This document shows, one piece after another, positions 8,944-19,672 of a DNA stretch of 64,000 nucleotides; the first letter of the stretch is position 1, and each line of letters opens with the position of its first letter. This DNA is from an uncultured Leptospirales bacterium (lineage in GTDB: Bacteria; Spirochaetota; UBA4802; JAKQUI01): positions 753 to 64,752 of the forward strand of contig CAZZCF010000008.1 in NCBI GenBank assembly GCA_964652955.1, read 5' to 3'. The notes under the pieces are model-generated. The model had not been told where the DNA came from. It searched no databases and saw only the letters and a list, made by a program, of their open reading frames with translations. A program made the translations under genes and the position numbers.

Positions 8944-9885
8944 ATGAAATTTCTGTTTGGACCGGTTAACTCCAGGAGGCTTGGAAGATCGCTGGGTATT
9001 GATCTGCTGCCCCACAAAACGTGCACGCTCAACTGTATTTACTGCGAGTGCGGGCCCACCACCAACCTCACGACAGAGGTTCGGGAATACGTCCCCACCG
9101 ATGCGGTTATTGAAGAGCTGCGGGGATTCCTTTCAGCACGGCCGCCCCTCGATATTGTTACCTTTGCCGGGTCGGGAGAGCCGACTCTTCACAGCGGTAT
9201 CGGAAGAATTATCGATTTTTTGAAGAAGGAGTTTCCGGAGTACCCTGTTGCCATCCTGACAAACGGGACGCTCCTGTGGCAGGGAAAAATAAGAAGATCT
9301 CTCCTCGGTGCCGATATTATTATTCCCTCGCTCGATGCGGTAAGCGCCGATCTCTTTGATACCATCGGCAGACCGGCGCCGGGAGTGAATTCCCGTCTCC
9401 TCATGCAGGGATTGATCAAGCTGCGAAGTGAGTTTACGGGTAAGATATATCTCGAAGTGTTTATAATACCCGGTGTCAACGATAGTGACAATGAGTTGAA
9501 CAGGATCAGAGAAGCGTGCTCTCTGATTATGCCTGATCGCATTCAGCTCAATGCCCTGGATCGACCCGGGTCCGAGGACTGGGTTGAGCAGGCAACAGGA
9601 AAACGGCTGGAAGAGATCAGCACCCTGTTACAGCCCCATATGGTGGATGTCGTCGGGCAACCTGCTGCACTGCCCGGCCGGGATGATGTATCGGCCGATA
9701 AAGTCGACGCCGTCATCGCGACCATTGGAAGGCGTCCCTCCACTGCGGAAGACCTCTCGAGGGCGCTTGGAATGCGGATGGTCGAGGTGCTGAAGATTAT
9801 GAGCAGCTTGACCGATCGGGGCGTTGTCGAGAAAAAGGAGATGGAACGGGGCACTTTTTATGTGCTGAAAACGAATAGTTCGTAA
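8944..9885 (+). CDS. Radical SAM protein (COG0731/Tyw1-like) with C-terminal winged-helix-like tail
   Basis: FGPV.SRRLGRSLGIDL, CTLNCIYC (CxxxCxxC), GSGEPTLH, LTNGTLL, PSLDA, IQLNALDRP. Confidence 0.88.
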   Translation: MKFLFGPVNSRRLGRSLGIDLLPHKTCTLNCIYCECGPTTNLTTEVREYVPTDAVIEELRGFLSARPPLDIVTFAGSGEPTLHSGIGRIIDFLKKEFPEYPVAILTNGTLLWQGKIRRSLLGADIIIPSLDAVSADLFDTIGRPAPGVNSRLLMQGLIKLRSEFTGKIYLEVFIIPGVNDSDNELNRIREACSLIMPDRIQLNALDRPGSEDWVEQATGKRLEEISTLLQPHMVDVVGQPAALPGRDDVSADKVDAVIATIGRRPSTAEDLSRALGMRMVEVLKIMSSLTDRGVVEKKEMERGTFYVLKTNSS

Positions 9886-9928
9886 GGGGCATTCCGTTTT
9901 CCCGATTGACGGGAGATCACTTTCAGGC

Positions 9929-10543
9929 ATGGCGGGTAATTCGATGGCGGTGCGAGATTTAGAAAAAATCAAGAAACGGAGATTGCAGATAATTCAAGCT
10001 GCGTATGATGCCATCGCCCTGAAAGGGTATAATAACTTTACCGTTGATGATATTGCACAGATGGCAGGATTGTCCAAAGGGGGGGTGCTGCACTACTTCA
10101 GATCAAAGGATGATATACTCATTCACCTCCTGGAGCATATCTATCGGCTGGTTGAGACGCATATACAGAAGAGAACTGCAAAGTACCGCACCCCGGAGAA
10201 AAAGCTCAAGGCGATGATTATCTCCTATATCATCGTCGCCAAGATCCAACCCACTTTTTATACCGTCATGGTCGATTTCTGGGCACAGTCATCAATCAAC
10301 AGGCGCATGAAGGAGATCAGCACCCGGATATATGGGAAGATGTGTCTGGAGATGAAGAAGAGCATCGACCTCGGTATCGCCTCGGGGGAATTCAAGGAGG
10401 TGGATTCACAGAATGCGTCCTTTGCCATCATTGCCATGGTGACCAATATCGCGGTTCAGTGGACGTTCAACAACAGCATTTACAATATTGATCATGTTCT
10501 CAGGAAGTGCATGAATCTGGTCATGTCATATCTCAGGAGGTAG
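9929..10543 (+). CDS. TetR/AcrR family transcriptional regulator
   Basis: II.AA...IA.KGY...TVDDIA..AGLSKGGVLHYF.SK HTH; start could be 9944. Confidence 0.9.
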   Translation: MAGNSMAVRDLEKIKKRRLQIIQAAYDAIALKGYNNFTVDDIAQMAGLSKGGVLHYFRSKDDILIHLLEHIYRLVETHIQKRTAKYRTPEKKLKAMIISYIIVAKIQPTFYTVMVDFWAQSSINRRMKEISTRIYGKMCLEMKKSIDLGIASGEFKEVDSQNASFAIIAMVTNIAVQWTFNNSIYNIDHVLRKCMNLVMSYLRR

Positions 10544-10607
10544 GGTCGGGCTCGCAACTGCGAGGTGTACGTCACGGGGGATTGATGGAGGATCGATGTG
10601 CTCGGAA

Positions 10608-11264
10608 TCATAAACGCAATGGTATGTACAGCGTTGCGTATGTCTTCTGCTCCCAGTCGGTTTTGAAAACGAAGTTTTTATAGCTCACGTTAATGCTCTT
10701 GAGCAGCACCACGACCATTGAGAGTCCCAATCCCATTCCCTCCGCGACCGGGTCGGGATTCTCCAGATAAAAATCGGCGATGCTGTCATAGGTTGAGGAA
10801 CGCTCGATTCTGTCGATGATTCGCTTCAGTTCTTCTTTGCTGAGGGGGAGGTTATTTATCACCTCAATGGTAAGGGTATCCCCGTTTACTTTAAAATAGG
10901 TTCGTGTTGATAGCCTGTTTTTCTTCGCTTTTATCCCGTATGCATGAAGGGCGCGTTCATTTAAGATAGCCCGTATTTTCCGTACTACTTCAAGCGGGTT
11001 GTCGGGATTTTCTATTTTCCCCTCCTTGACGAGAATCTGCTTGGCATTTGCCTTGGTGGCATTGGAGATGAGCTCTTTGGTGCACGAGTACAGCGGTGTG
11101 AAGAGTTCTTCTCGTTGATGCTTTTTCAGTATTTGCGTCAGGGCATATTTTATCTTCTCCTCGGTATCCTCGAGAATTGAGTATGAGATGAAAACGATAT
11201 CGCTGCCCTGCTCGATAGCAGCATCAATAATCGTCTTGAATGTCCCTTCGCTCTGTTGCTTCAT
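10608..11264 (-). CDS. Orphan HATPase (GHKL)-like protein without phospho-acceptor domain
   Basis: N-box ELISNATKAN and G-box EGMGLGL; no HisKA histidine motif, no sensor and no TM segment. Confidence 0.7.
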   Translation of the reverse strand: MKQQSEGTFKTIIDAAIEQGSDIVFISYSILEDTEEKIKYALTQILKKHQREELFTPLYSCTKELISNATKANAKQILVKEGKIENPDNPLEVVRKIRAILNERALHAYGIKAKKNRLSTRTYFKVNGDTLTIEVINNLPLSKEELKRIIDRIERSSTYDSIADFYLENPDPVAEGMGLGLSMVVVLLKSINVSYKNFVFKTDWEQKTYATLYIPLRL

Positions 11265-11635
11265 ATCCTGCGCCGGTTACACGATCGCCTTCCGTTCTGC
11301 AGCGGCATGGAATTACCCGGCTCCCATCCCCTTTCACGGAAGTTTCCTGTGATAGGTGCTCTTTAAAAAAAAGGGGCATTTCCGGAATATGTCAAGAATA
11401 TTCGCATGTGCGGTTCAAAATTCGTTATCGGTATTACTGTGCCGGCGAGGGTAAAGATTGAGTAGTGAAATATAATGTGTTGCAAGAGGGGGTGATTTTT
11501 TTGTTGACGGCTTTAATTTTTCTTATTAGCAATTTGATAATAAGTGTAGAGGGATTGATTGTGCATTAAAAACGATATTTAATGGATTCATGGGAGACCA
11601 GGATGAGACAGGTGATAAAGTACTATTCAACCCGT

Positions 11636-12097
11636 ATGGCGAAAATGACAGTCTGTACGCTGATAGCAATAAGTTTCGTGTTCTTGCTGGGCTGTGGAAA
11701 GTCATCTGACACCGAGAAGGGGGAGGTTGAGAAAAAGGGAGAGGAGCAATCAACCGAAGCACAAGTTCCCACTCGCGAGGATTTCGAGAAGCGGCTTTCA
11801 GCATTAAACCTTCCTGTCTATGAGGGGGCCGAGTTTGATGCCGTTAAGAAAAATAAGCACGGGGAAGGGTATTCGATTTTTTATAGTATACCTGATAAGA
11901 GCAATCAGGCTGTCGAGAAGGTCCATCTGTTTTACGATAAGCTCCTCAATGCGCTTGCCAGAGAGAAGGGGTGGAAACGGATTGATGCAGGGAATCTGAT
12001 AATGCTCCAGGATGGTGCCGAGGTGCCGGTATCGGTTTCCAACGCGATTAATATACAATCGAAGAAACACCTGTTGCAGTTTCAGATGAAATTTTAG
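11636..12097 (+). CDS. Putative lipoprotein
   Basis: Hydrophobic stretch ending in the lipobox LLGC, followed by a charged linker; start uncertain (11582/11636/11645). Confidence 0.65.
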   Translation: MAKMTVCTLIAISFVFLLGCGKSSDTEKGEVEKKGEEQSTEAQVPTREDFEKRLSALNLPVYEGAEFDAVKKNKHGEGYSIFYSIPDKSNQAVEKVHLFYDKLLNALAREKGWKRIDAGNLIMLQDGAEVPVSVSNAINIQSKKHLLQFQMKF

Positions 12098-12199
12098 GGT
12101 GTGGTTTTTCGATCTTCGCATTGACTCTCCGCGGTAACGGGTATTTGTCGTGTTGTCGAAAAAACAGTCTTGCGATACAAAACATAATGGAGGTGCGCA

Positions 12200-13150
12200 A
12201 TGGCAACGGGGAAAGTGCTCGGTCTAACGGGTTCCTTCGGGTATATCGGGAGGAGGCTCCTCGAGCGACTCAAACGGTCGGAAGATTTCGAGCGGGTATT
12301 ATGCACTGACATTATCGAACCGAAAGAGAAGCTGCCGGAGCGGTTTGAATATCATCACTGTGACATACTCGACGGCGAAAAGCTTCATCGCATCTTTAAG
12401 GAGGGGAAGGTCGATACCGTTTTGCATCTTGCCTTTATTGCCAACCCTATCCGCAATCGGGAATTCGAGCATGAGGTTGATATTGCCGGAACGAGAAACG
12501 TTCTGAACGCCTGCGAGTCCCTCGGGGTACGGAAACTGGTTGTGACCAGTTCTGATTGCGCCTACGGTTTTTTCCCCGACACACCTGATTATCTGACTGA
12601 AGATGCTCCGCTTCGCGCGACCCCCGGGTTTCCCTATGCTGAGAACAAAGTTGAAATGGAGAAGATCGTCGCCGAGTTTGCCGAGCGGGTCAAGAGTTGT
12701 TCTGTTGTGGTTATCCGTCCCTGTACGGTTTTCGGACCGAATGTGAAAAATCAGACCTCCGATGCGATGAAACAGCCATTCATTCTCGGGTTTACCGGCT
12801 GCGATCCCATCATGCAGTTCATACACGAGGAGGATGCCGTTGAAGGATTTTATCTGGCGCTGGTAAAGGATGTGCGGGGCGCCTTCAACCTCGCTGCCGA
12901 CGAGGGGCTTCGCTACCGGGAGATGGCAAAAGTTATCGAAAAGCCCTTTCTGGCGCTCCCGGTCTGGCTGATCTATCCGCTCGTGGAGGCGCTGTATCGA
13001 TTGCATCTGTTGCCCTTCGGGAAAGCGGAATTGAGCTATATCCGTTATCCCCTCTCGATGAGCATTGAGCGGATACAGAAGGAGCTGGGGTTCAGGCCGA
13101 AGTACTCAACGGCGGAGGCGCTGATGGCATTTATGGACACCCTGAAGTGA
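12200..13150 (+). CDS. NAD-dependent epimerase/dehydratase (extended SDR)
   Basis: TGSFGYIG, VLHLAF, TSSDCAYG, YAENK (YxxxK), RPCTVFGP, QFIHEED. Confidence 0.9.
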   Translation: MATGKVLGLTGSFGYIGRRLLERLKRSEDFERVLCTDIIEPKEKLPERFEYHHCDILDGEKLHRIFKEGKVDTVLHLAFIANPIRNREFEHEVDIAGTRNVLNACESLGVRKLVVTSSDCAYGFFPDTPDYLTEDAPLRATPGFPYAENKVEMEKIVAEFAERVKSCSVVVIRPCTVFGPNVKNQTSDAMKQPFILGFTGCDPIMQFIHEEDAVEGFYLALVKDVRGAFNLAADEGLRYREMAKVIEKPFLALPVWLIYPLVEALYRLHLLPFGKAELSYIRYPLSMSIERIQKELGFRPKYSTAEALMAFMDTLK

Positions 13151-13195
13151 TCCGGTTCCTTTCATTATAATACCGATAACTATCGGGAGGCGATC

Positions 13196-13224
13196 TCCTC
13201 TTCGTGTCCCTCCTCTGAAGAGGA
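13196..13224. terminator. Possible terminator hairpin between convergent genes
   Basis: tcctcttc (13196-13203) pairs with gaagagga (13217-13224); it lies between the convergent genes at 12200-13150 and 13331-14251. No immediate U-tract. Confidence 0.3.
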
Positions 13225-13330
13225 ATTCCTGATTATTTTTACCGAACACGCCATTTCATTCAGCGTCGCGGCCGGTTTCTTAAAGGGAAAGATATAAAGA
13301 TACCGGCATATCGGCCTTTGCCATATCTGT

Positions 13331-14251
13331 TCATTGTGCGAGAAGTGCATCGGCGATCGGCACTTCGGCTATTCCACGTCCGGTAAGCACGTAGGCGGTT
13401 TTCTTATCAGCGGTGATGGTGATCGTTGTGTTATAGGGACCAACATCAATCGAAGGGGATTGATTTTTTTTCTGAAGTGAGAGATGGTACACATTATGCT
13501 TCCCGGGAATCAGAAACTGTTTGTCACCTAAATGTGCAGATGCAGGGGTGGGGTAATTGGATGCGTGAATCGGGAATGTTGATGTTCTGAGCGTTTGAAG
13601 ATCAAGCTCGTAATATTCCGGTGCATTGAGAAATATCAATATCGTCCTGTCATCTCTCCGGAACAGTGATGTGAATTCGTCATATTGTTTCAGGGTAAAT
13701 GATTTTAACAGCTTCATTGCGCAGCTGGAGGGATTAAACATAAAAAGTTTATTCCCGGAGAGCAACAGGATGCTTGCATCATATAAAAGAGCGTCAACGA
13801 GTTGTTTCTTGATGGCGCACTTCATGCGGCGTGCGGTTCTTTCGGTCACATCCAGTTCCCAGATTGAGCGGGGCGTAAGCGCATACGCGACACCCTCACG
13901 GTGGTTGGCAAGAATACGCTGTACCGGCCCATCGACAGCATACCTTGCAATTGGCTTTCCGTCTGATATTCGCAGTTGATAAATTGTGCATCGTGCTGAT
14001 CCGCTGTCTGTTTTACCGTTTATCTTCTGTAATTCTTCCCACTGAACATTGCTGTACAGGAGCTCACTTCCGTTACATGCCAGAGAACCGTGCACGAAGG
14101 TGGTGCCTTCCCCCGCGGGATGGGGATAGGGTATATACCGCTTGACGTCGTCGAAGCGGACAAAGGGGCACATCAGTCCGTGAAAACAAAACATAATGCT
14201 CAGAAAGGCTATTACGGGTATACGATATCTTTTCAAAGACACTCTGCTCAT
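13331..14251 (-). CDS. Hypothetical exported/membrane-anchored protein, beta-propeller-like
   Basis: N-terminal hydrophobic segment, then repeated short beta-strand-like units (AYALTP.SIWELD, LLLSGNKLFMF, AYVLTGRGIAEV); RBS GAGGA. Confidence 0.6.
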   Translation of the reverse strand: MSRVSLKRYRIPVIAFLSIMFCFHGLMCPFVRFDDVKRYIPYPHPAGEGTTFVHGSLACNGSELLYSNVQWEELQKINGKTDSGSARCTIYQLRISDGKPIARYAVDGPVQRILANHREGVAYALTPRSIWELDVTERTARRMKCAIKKQLVDALLYDASILLLSGNKLFMFNPSSCAMKLLKSFTLKQYDEFTSLFRRDDRTILIFLNAPEYYELDLQTLRTSTFPIHASNYPTPASAHLGDKQFLIPGKHNVYHLSLQKKNQSPSIDVGPYNTTITITADKKTAYVLTGRGIAEVPIADALLAQ

Positions 14252-14496
14252 AAGAAAGTCCTCTTGGTCAACAGGGATAGTGATGATTATAATAATCGCC
14301 CTTCAATCGTCAACCCAATTCGCCGTCGGTGCCTTCACCGGGGCTAAAGAGCACGCAGCGTCTCCTTCCCGTGGAAGAGGTGACGGGGGTGATATCTGCT
14401 ACCACTGAATTTTCGTCGGCAGGTGTTTGATGTGAGAAAGACGGGGTGAATTTCCTGAATTTTCGATCACCACTCCAATCGACCACTGAGTTTTTA

Positions 14497-16320
14497 TCAG
14501 TGCTCGTGAGGGTATGATCCAAGTTCGTGTATGAGCTCATTCTCTTCATCAATTTCTACTCCGGAGAGAGTAATTGCTGTGTCAATGAGTGCAAGATGAG
14601 AATATCCCTGGGGGAAGTTCCCCACAAGCCGTTTTGTCACGAAATCGATGCCTTCACTGAAGAGGCCGAGGTGATTCGCATATCCGAGCACTGTTGCAAA
14701 CATATCCTCGGCTTCTTTTTCTTTTCCGATGATGTAGAGGCTCTTGATCATCCAGAAGGTGCAGATGGTAAAGGATGTTTTGGGCTCTCCGAAATCATCA
14801 CTGTTCCTGTAGCGGTACATGAGCCCGTCGAAACATAACTCCTGCTGTATTCTCTCCACGGTACTGATGTATTTCGGGTCGTCGGCGCTTATGAATCCGT
14901 AGAATTGCATCAGCAGATTTGCTGCATCCATATTGCTGCTGTCATAGTACTGCGTAAAGGCATTGATCGCCGGATTCCATCCTCGTTTGAGTATATTTTT
15001 CTTTATGGCGTCCCGGGTCGGCAACCATTCCGTTTCCAATTTCTGATTCCCCAGGAGTTTCGCTATCTTCACTCCTCGATCAATTGCCACCCAGCTGAGC
15101 ATCTTGGAAAAGGTAAAATGCCGCTTCTGCGTTCGAAATTCCCAGATGCCGGTATCCGGCTTCATCCAGTTGTTCTTAACCGTTTTGATAAGGCTTCTCA
15201 CAATGGTCCAGATCTCCTCACTGTTGGAAAGGGTGTGTTTGAAGAGCTTGAAATATTGATAGAAGAGATCGATGAGCACGCCGTAGATATCGTTCTGTTT
15301 TTGAAGGTATGCGGCGTTGCCGATCCTCACCGGTCGTGATCCCTCATACCCGGAGAGCCAGGGGAGCTCCCGCTCTATCAACCGCTTCTCACCGTGTATG
15401 CCGTACATAACCTGCATTTTCTCATCCTTGTACGGGATCACATCCGTAATGAAGTTGAGAAATCGGCGGGCGGAGTTGTAATGCCCCAGTGCGGTCAGGG
15501 TCGATATTATCATGGAAGCGTCTCGAATCCAGCAGAAGCGATAATCCCAGTTGCGGTTCGCTCCGGGAATCTCCGGCAGTGAAGTGGTTATCGATGCAAG
15601 AATGGCACCCGATTTATGATAGCTCAGCAATTTGAGCACCAGCGCGCTTCTGCCTATCTCCTCGTTGTACTTCTTGAATCTCCTGGTCGATTCCATCCAG
15701 TTGAGCCAGTAAACCTTGGTTCGTTCAAATTCAAGGTGTATTCTGTCACAATTCAATTTAATCAGCTTCTGATTGTAACTCAGCAGGAAAAAGCAATGTT
15801 TATCAATAACGACCTCCTCCTCGTTGAGTATAGTCGCGAGATTAATATCGGAGTAGAGATAAATCGATTCATATTTCCCTGCAACGGTGAAGCTCTTTAT
15901 GTAGTCTTCTTCAATGACGGATTGTGTGTCATGCTGTGCATAATAGAGCTTTGGGCGATAGATGAATCTCGCCCGTGGTTTGCCCGAGACGTGTCTGACG
16001 TATCGGATGATTTCAGGGGGAGTGTGATAGTATCCCAGCTCTGTTTTATAACGGGGCATGAAATCGATAACCTCGAATCTGTTCTCATTGTGCTGGAAAC
16101 CGGTGAGAAGAATATTTGTTCGGTCAAAATAGCGCTGCGTTATCGAATAATCTCCTTCAGGTGAAATGCCGAAAAAGCCGCCGCGCTCGGTATCCAGTAT
16201 TCTGGCAAGGATAGACGAGGAGTTAAAGTTCGGAAGGCAGCACCAGTCGATACTCCCCTCTTTCGAAACGAGCGCAGCGGTTCTGCAGTTTCCGATGATA
16301 CCGTAATCAAGATTCTTCAT
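14497..16320 (-). CDS. Glycoside hydrolase family 15 (trehalase/glucoamylase-like)
   Basis: YGIIGNCRTAALV...GSIDWCCLP.FNS, TTSLPE..G..RNWDYRFCWIRDAS, PDTGIWEFR, FTICTFW, LGLFSEG, GNFPQGYSHLALI. Confidence 0.92.
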   Translation of the reverse strand: MKNLDYGIIGNCRTAALVSKEGSIDWCCLPNFNSSSILARILDTERGGFFGISPEGDYSITQRYFDRTNILLTGFQHNENRFEVIDFMPRYKTELGYYHTPPEIIRYVRHVSGKPRARFIYRPKLYYAQHDTQSVIEEDYIKSFTVAGKYESIYLYSDINLATILNEEEVVIDKHCFFLLSYNQKLIKLNCDRIHLEFERTKVYWLNWMESTRRFKKYNEEIGRSALVLKLLSYHKSGAILASITTSLPEIPGANRNWDYRFCWIRDASMIISTLTALGHYNSARRFLNFITDVIPYKDEKMQVMYGIHGEKRLIERELPWLSGYEGSRPVRIGNAAYLQKQNDIYGVLIDLFYQYFKLFKHTLSNSEEIWTIVRSLIKTVKNNWMKPDTGIWEFRTQKRHFTFSKMLSWVAIDRGVKIAKLLGNQKLETEWLPTRDAIKKNILKRGWNPAINAFTQYYDSSNMDAANLLMQFYGFISADDPKYISTVERIQQELCFDGLMYRYRNSDDFGEPKTSFTICTFWMIKSLYIIGKEKEAEDMFATVLGYANHLGLFSEGIDFVTKRLVGNFPQGYSHLALIDTAITLSGVEIDEENELIHELGSYPHEH

Positions 16321-16468
16321 ACTGTCCCCGTTCCCTCCGGTCTGTGTGGCTCCGTATTCCCATCGAGCGAAAAAGGATGATGATCACGACAGCTCATCTC
16401 CCTTCAAGCTTTTTTCATGGAACATATGGCATAAAGTACCTTTTTTCAATTGTTTTTTCAGGTGAACC

Positions 16469-16497
16469 TTGACATTCCTCGTTATATAACATAGGAT
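16469..16497 (+). promoter_or_regulatory. Sigma70-type promoter for otsAB
   Basis: TTGACA (16469-16474), 17-nt spacer, TAGGAT (16492-16497). Confidence 0.55.
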
Positions 16498-16530
16498 AAA
16501 ATGCACTTTCTGACTTTTTTGAGATATGCT

Positions 16531-18717
16531 ATGATTGAAAAACTGTTTTTTGTTTCCAATCGGTTACCGGTAACCCTCGAGAAAAAGAGGGGGTCAATCA
16601 CTTATAAACGGAGCATCGGCGGCCTCTCCACTGGATTGGGCTCCTTTTACCGAACCTTCGAGAGTGTATGGCTTGGCTGGTGCGGTATCCCGAAGGAGAA
16701 TCTCTCGGCGGAGGAGAGGGATACGGTTCAAACAACTCTCATGAATGAGTACCGCAATATTCCCGTCTTTCTCTCACGTTCCAATATCAAGCGATTCTAT
16801 TACGGTTTCTGTAATAAGTCCATTTGTCTCCTTTTTCACTACTTTTCCGGATTTACGGTTTATGATAAGATCTTGTGGAATTCCTATGTGCGGGTGAATG
16901 AGAAATTTTGCGATGCCGTTGTCCGGAATGCGGAAGAGGGCGATCTGATATGGATTCACGATTATCAACTTCTCCTCCTGCCCCGCCTCGTCAGAGAGAA
17001 ATTGCCGAAGGCGAAAATCGGTTTTTTTCTTCACATCCCCTTTCCGTCATTCGAGATTTTTCGCCTGCTCCCCTGGGCGGGGGATCTGCTCGAGGGGATG
17101 CTCGGTGCCGATCTTGTCGGTTTTCATACCTATGATTACGTACGGCACTTTTTGAGCAGCGTGCGTCGTCTTCTGGGATATGAGCATACCCTGGGACAGA
17201 TCTTTGCTGGCACGAGGGTCATTCAGGCTGATGTTTTCCCAATGGGCATCGATTATAAACGATATGCCGATGCTCATTCTGATAACATGGTGCAGAAAGA
17301 GATCGACAAGATAAAGAGACGAATGGGTGATCGCACATTAATACTCTCGGTTGATCGGCTGGATTACACGAAGGGGATTCTCCAGCGCTTACAATCCTTT
17401 GATTATTTTCTAAAAAAGTATCCCGAATTTCACGATAAGGTTACGCTCATCCTCGTTGCGGTGCCTTCGCGGACAAATGTTGAAACCTATGCGAAGCTTA
17501 AAAGCGATCTCGATGAGGTCATCGGGCGAATTAATGGCCAGTATGGGAGTCTCGGCTGGGTACCCGTCTGGTATCTCTACCGCGGGCTTCCCTTTCATGT
17601 CCTGACCGCCCTGTACATTCTCGCGGATGTTGCACTCGTCACGCCGATACGTGACGGGATGAACCTCATCGCCAAGGAGTACATTGTCGCACGGGGAGAT
17701 CGTGGTGGTGTTCTCATCCTCAGTGAGATGACCGGTGCAGTTCATGAGCTGAGTGAATCACTGGTGGTGAATCCCCATAACATTGAGCAGGTTGCTGAAG
17801 CACTGAAGAGCGCAATTGAAATGCCCATTGACGAGCAGAGAAAACGCAATACACCCATGCAGGCCCGTTTGCAGCGATACAATATCGAGCGATGGGCGCA
17901 CGACTTTGTTGACCGCCTTGATAAAGTATTTGAGCATCAGAAGATGCTCTACGAGAGGAGACTCACCGATGCGGTGAAGGAGATCATGTTTCAGGCATAC
18001 GGAAATTCGAACAACAGGCTTCTGCTCTTTGACTATGATGGCACCCTTACCCCTTTTTCGACAAAGCCCGAAAAGGCTTTTCCCGATGAAGAGATACTCG
18101 ATTTGATTCACACCCTCTCCGCAAGCGAAAAGAACGAAGTGGTAATCATCAGCGGTCGGGATCGGGATACGCTGTCCCGGTGGTTCGGCACTCTGAGCGT
18201 GGGACTGGTGGCAGAGCACGGGGTCTGGATACGTGATAAATCATCCGAATGGACTGAAATTGAGCCGCTCCGGAGCGACTGGAAGGAGGAGGTGAGACCC
18301 CTTTTCGAGCTCTATCAGGACAGGACGCCGGGATCGTTCATTGAGGAGAAACACTACTCTCTGGTATGGCATTATCGCATGTCAGATCCAGATCTCGCAC
18401 TGGTGCGCGTCAATGAGCTTAAGGAGAACCTTCTCAAGTTGACAGAAAATCTGGACCTTGGAATTCTTGAAGGAAACAAGGTTGTCGAAGTCAAGTCGTC
18501 CAACATCAATAAGGGAAGAGCCGCACTTCACTGGTTGAAAAATAAAAAGTGGGATTTCATTCTTGCAATGGGTGATGACATTACCGATGAAGATGTCTTT
18601 GCAGTTCTCCCGCAAGACGCATATTCCATTAAAGTTGGTCTCGGTGTTACGCAGGCATCTTATAATGTGCTCGATGTCAATGAGACGAGAAAGTTGCTGA
18701 AGGAGCTGATTCGCTGA
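16531..18717 (+). CDS. otsAB: Bifunctional trehalose-6-phosphate synthase/phosphatase
   Basis: [49 protein letters not shown] (GT20), followed by the HAD domain FDYDGTL...ISGR...[10 protein letters not shown]. Start set at 16531, consistent with the promoter position. Confidence 0.94.
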   Translation: MIEKLFFVSNRLPVTLEKKRGSITYKRSIGGLSTGLGSFYRTFESVWLGWCGIPKENLSAEERDTVQTTLMNEYRNIPVFLSRSNIKRFYYGFCNKSICLLFHYFSGFTVYDKILWNSYVRVNEKFCDAVVRNAEEGDLIWIHDYQLLLLPRLVREKLPKAKIGFFLHIPFPSFEIFRLLPWAGDLLEGMLGADLVGFHTYDYVRHFLSSVRRLLGYEHTLGQIFAGTRVIQADVFPMGIDYKRYADAHSDNMVQKEIDKIKRRMGDRTLILSVDRLDYTKGILQRLQSFDYFLKKYPEFHDKVTLILVAVPSRTNVETYAKLKSDLDEVIGRINGQYGSLGWVPVWYLYRGLPFHVLTALYILADVALVTPIRDGMNLIAKEYIVARGDRGGVLILSEMTGAVHELSESLVVNPHNIEQVAEALKSAIEMPIDEQRKRNTPMQARLQRYNIERWAHDFVDRLDKVFEHQKMLYERRLTDAVKEIMFQAYGNSNNRLLLFDYDGTLTPFSTKPEKAFPDEEILDLIHTLSASEKNEVVIISGRDRDTLSRWFGTLSVGLVAEHGVWIRDKSSEWTEIEPLRSDWKEEVRPLFELYQDRTPGSFIEEKHYSLVWHYRMSDPDLALVRVNELKENLLKLTENLDLGILEGNKVVEVKSSNINKGRAALHWLKNKKWDFILAMGDDITDEDVFAVLPQDAYSIKVGLGVTQASYNVLDVNETRKLLKELIR

Positions 18718-18994
18718 GATGAAGCAAGCGCTCCCTGTTCCGGCGCCAGAATGCCGGGCCGCAGCATCTTGTCCGGTTCATCCCGGCATATATACTCTTC
18801 GAAAACCCGGGACGGTGTATTATGCTGTCTTCGGGAAACAGCTCGTCGAGGAGATCCGCCTTGCCATTATCGATAACTTCATTCATGCATTTCCGCGCTT
18901 CCGGCCTGTGAGGCCCGTTGGGGTTCCCATCACTCCTTTGTGCACCTTGTCTTTATCCGCTGCTTGATGCATCATTTACTCACATTGTAATCAC

Positions 18995-19291
18995 TCACTC
19001 CGTAGGGCCGACATCCTTCCTCTTCTCCGCCGGCCGGAAAGAGCCACCCTCTTCATAGTCGACAACCCTGAGCGGGCTTTCTCTGGTGAACATCTTGATG
19101 ATTTTCCCTATCGTCAGGGCGTTATCCTTCAGTATCAAATGGCAGCTAGCGAACTCGCAGTTCTTCAATTCCGTTTCGCCTTTCCGTATGATTATCATAC
19201 ACTCTTTGAAGGTACAGTTCTTGAATGAGTGATCGTCCAGCTCAACGATTTCCTTTTGAAAGGTCTTGTTCTGATAGTTTGTCTTATACAT
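18995..19291 (-). CDS. Small hypothetical protein with FxxCxFxxC repeats
   Basis: LDDHSFKNCTFKECMI and LKNCEFASCHL; GAGG 6 nt upstream of ATG 19291. Confidence 0.6.
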   Translation of the reverse strand: MYKTNYQNKTFQKEIVELDDHSFKNCTFKECMIIIRKGETELKNCEFASCHLILKDNALTIGKIIKMFTRESPLRVVDYEEGGSFRPAEKRKDVGPTE

Positions 19292-19590
19292 GTGAAACCT
19301 CGTCATATCTTTTCTGATGGCTTATTCCAAATCATCTACGGAGGCAGATCAATTATTATTTTTTTATAAGAGTCACTTCCTGTCCTGTTGCCCTTTGCAT
19401 AAGGGAGATTCCGAAGTTGTCAAGCGAATCGGCTGTTGATCTTTATAACAGCCGTGGAAAGGGTGTGGTGCCGCGGATGAATGAAGATGGGGTGTTATGA
19501 TGAAATCCTCTCTGAGCGTTATCATGCTTCTGCATCGGATCTTCGAGTCCGGCGGTGCGGCGAGGTTGATGGTCAAAGAGTTTTTTTGCT

Positions 19591-19619
19591 TTGACATATC
19601 ATCATAATCAGGATACTAT
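19591..19619 (+). promoter_or_regulatory. Near-consensus sigma70 promoter
   Basis: TTGACA (19591-19596), 17 nt, TACTAT (19614-19619), upstream of the cNMP-domain gene with RBS AAGGAG. Confidence 0.7.
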
Positions 19620-19672
19620 TTTAACAGGAGTAGTTTTTTTGTGAATAAGTATTTTCAGTAAGGAGTTCGTTC

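Noticed and set aside
14310-14552. 80-aa minus-strand ORF overlapping the GH15 3' end
   Set aside because: Low-complexity alternative frame with no RBS or motif.
18719-18967. 82-aa + strand ORF after otsAB
   Set aside because: No RBS or motif. Its central part looks coding-like (LVEEIRLAIIDN) but cannot be assigned; it may be a small remnant.
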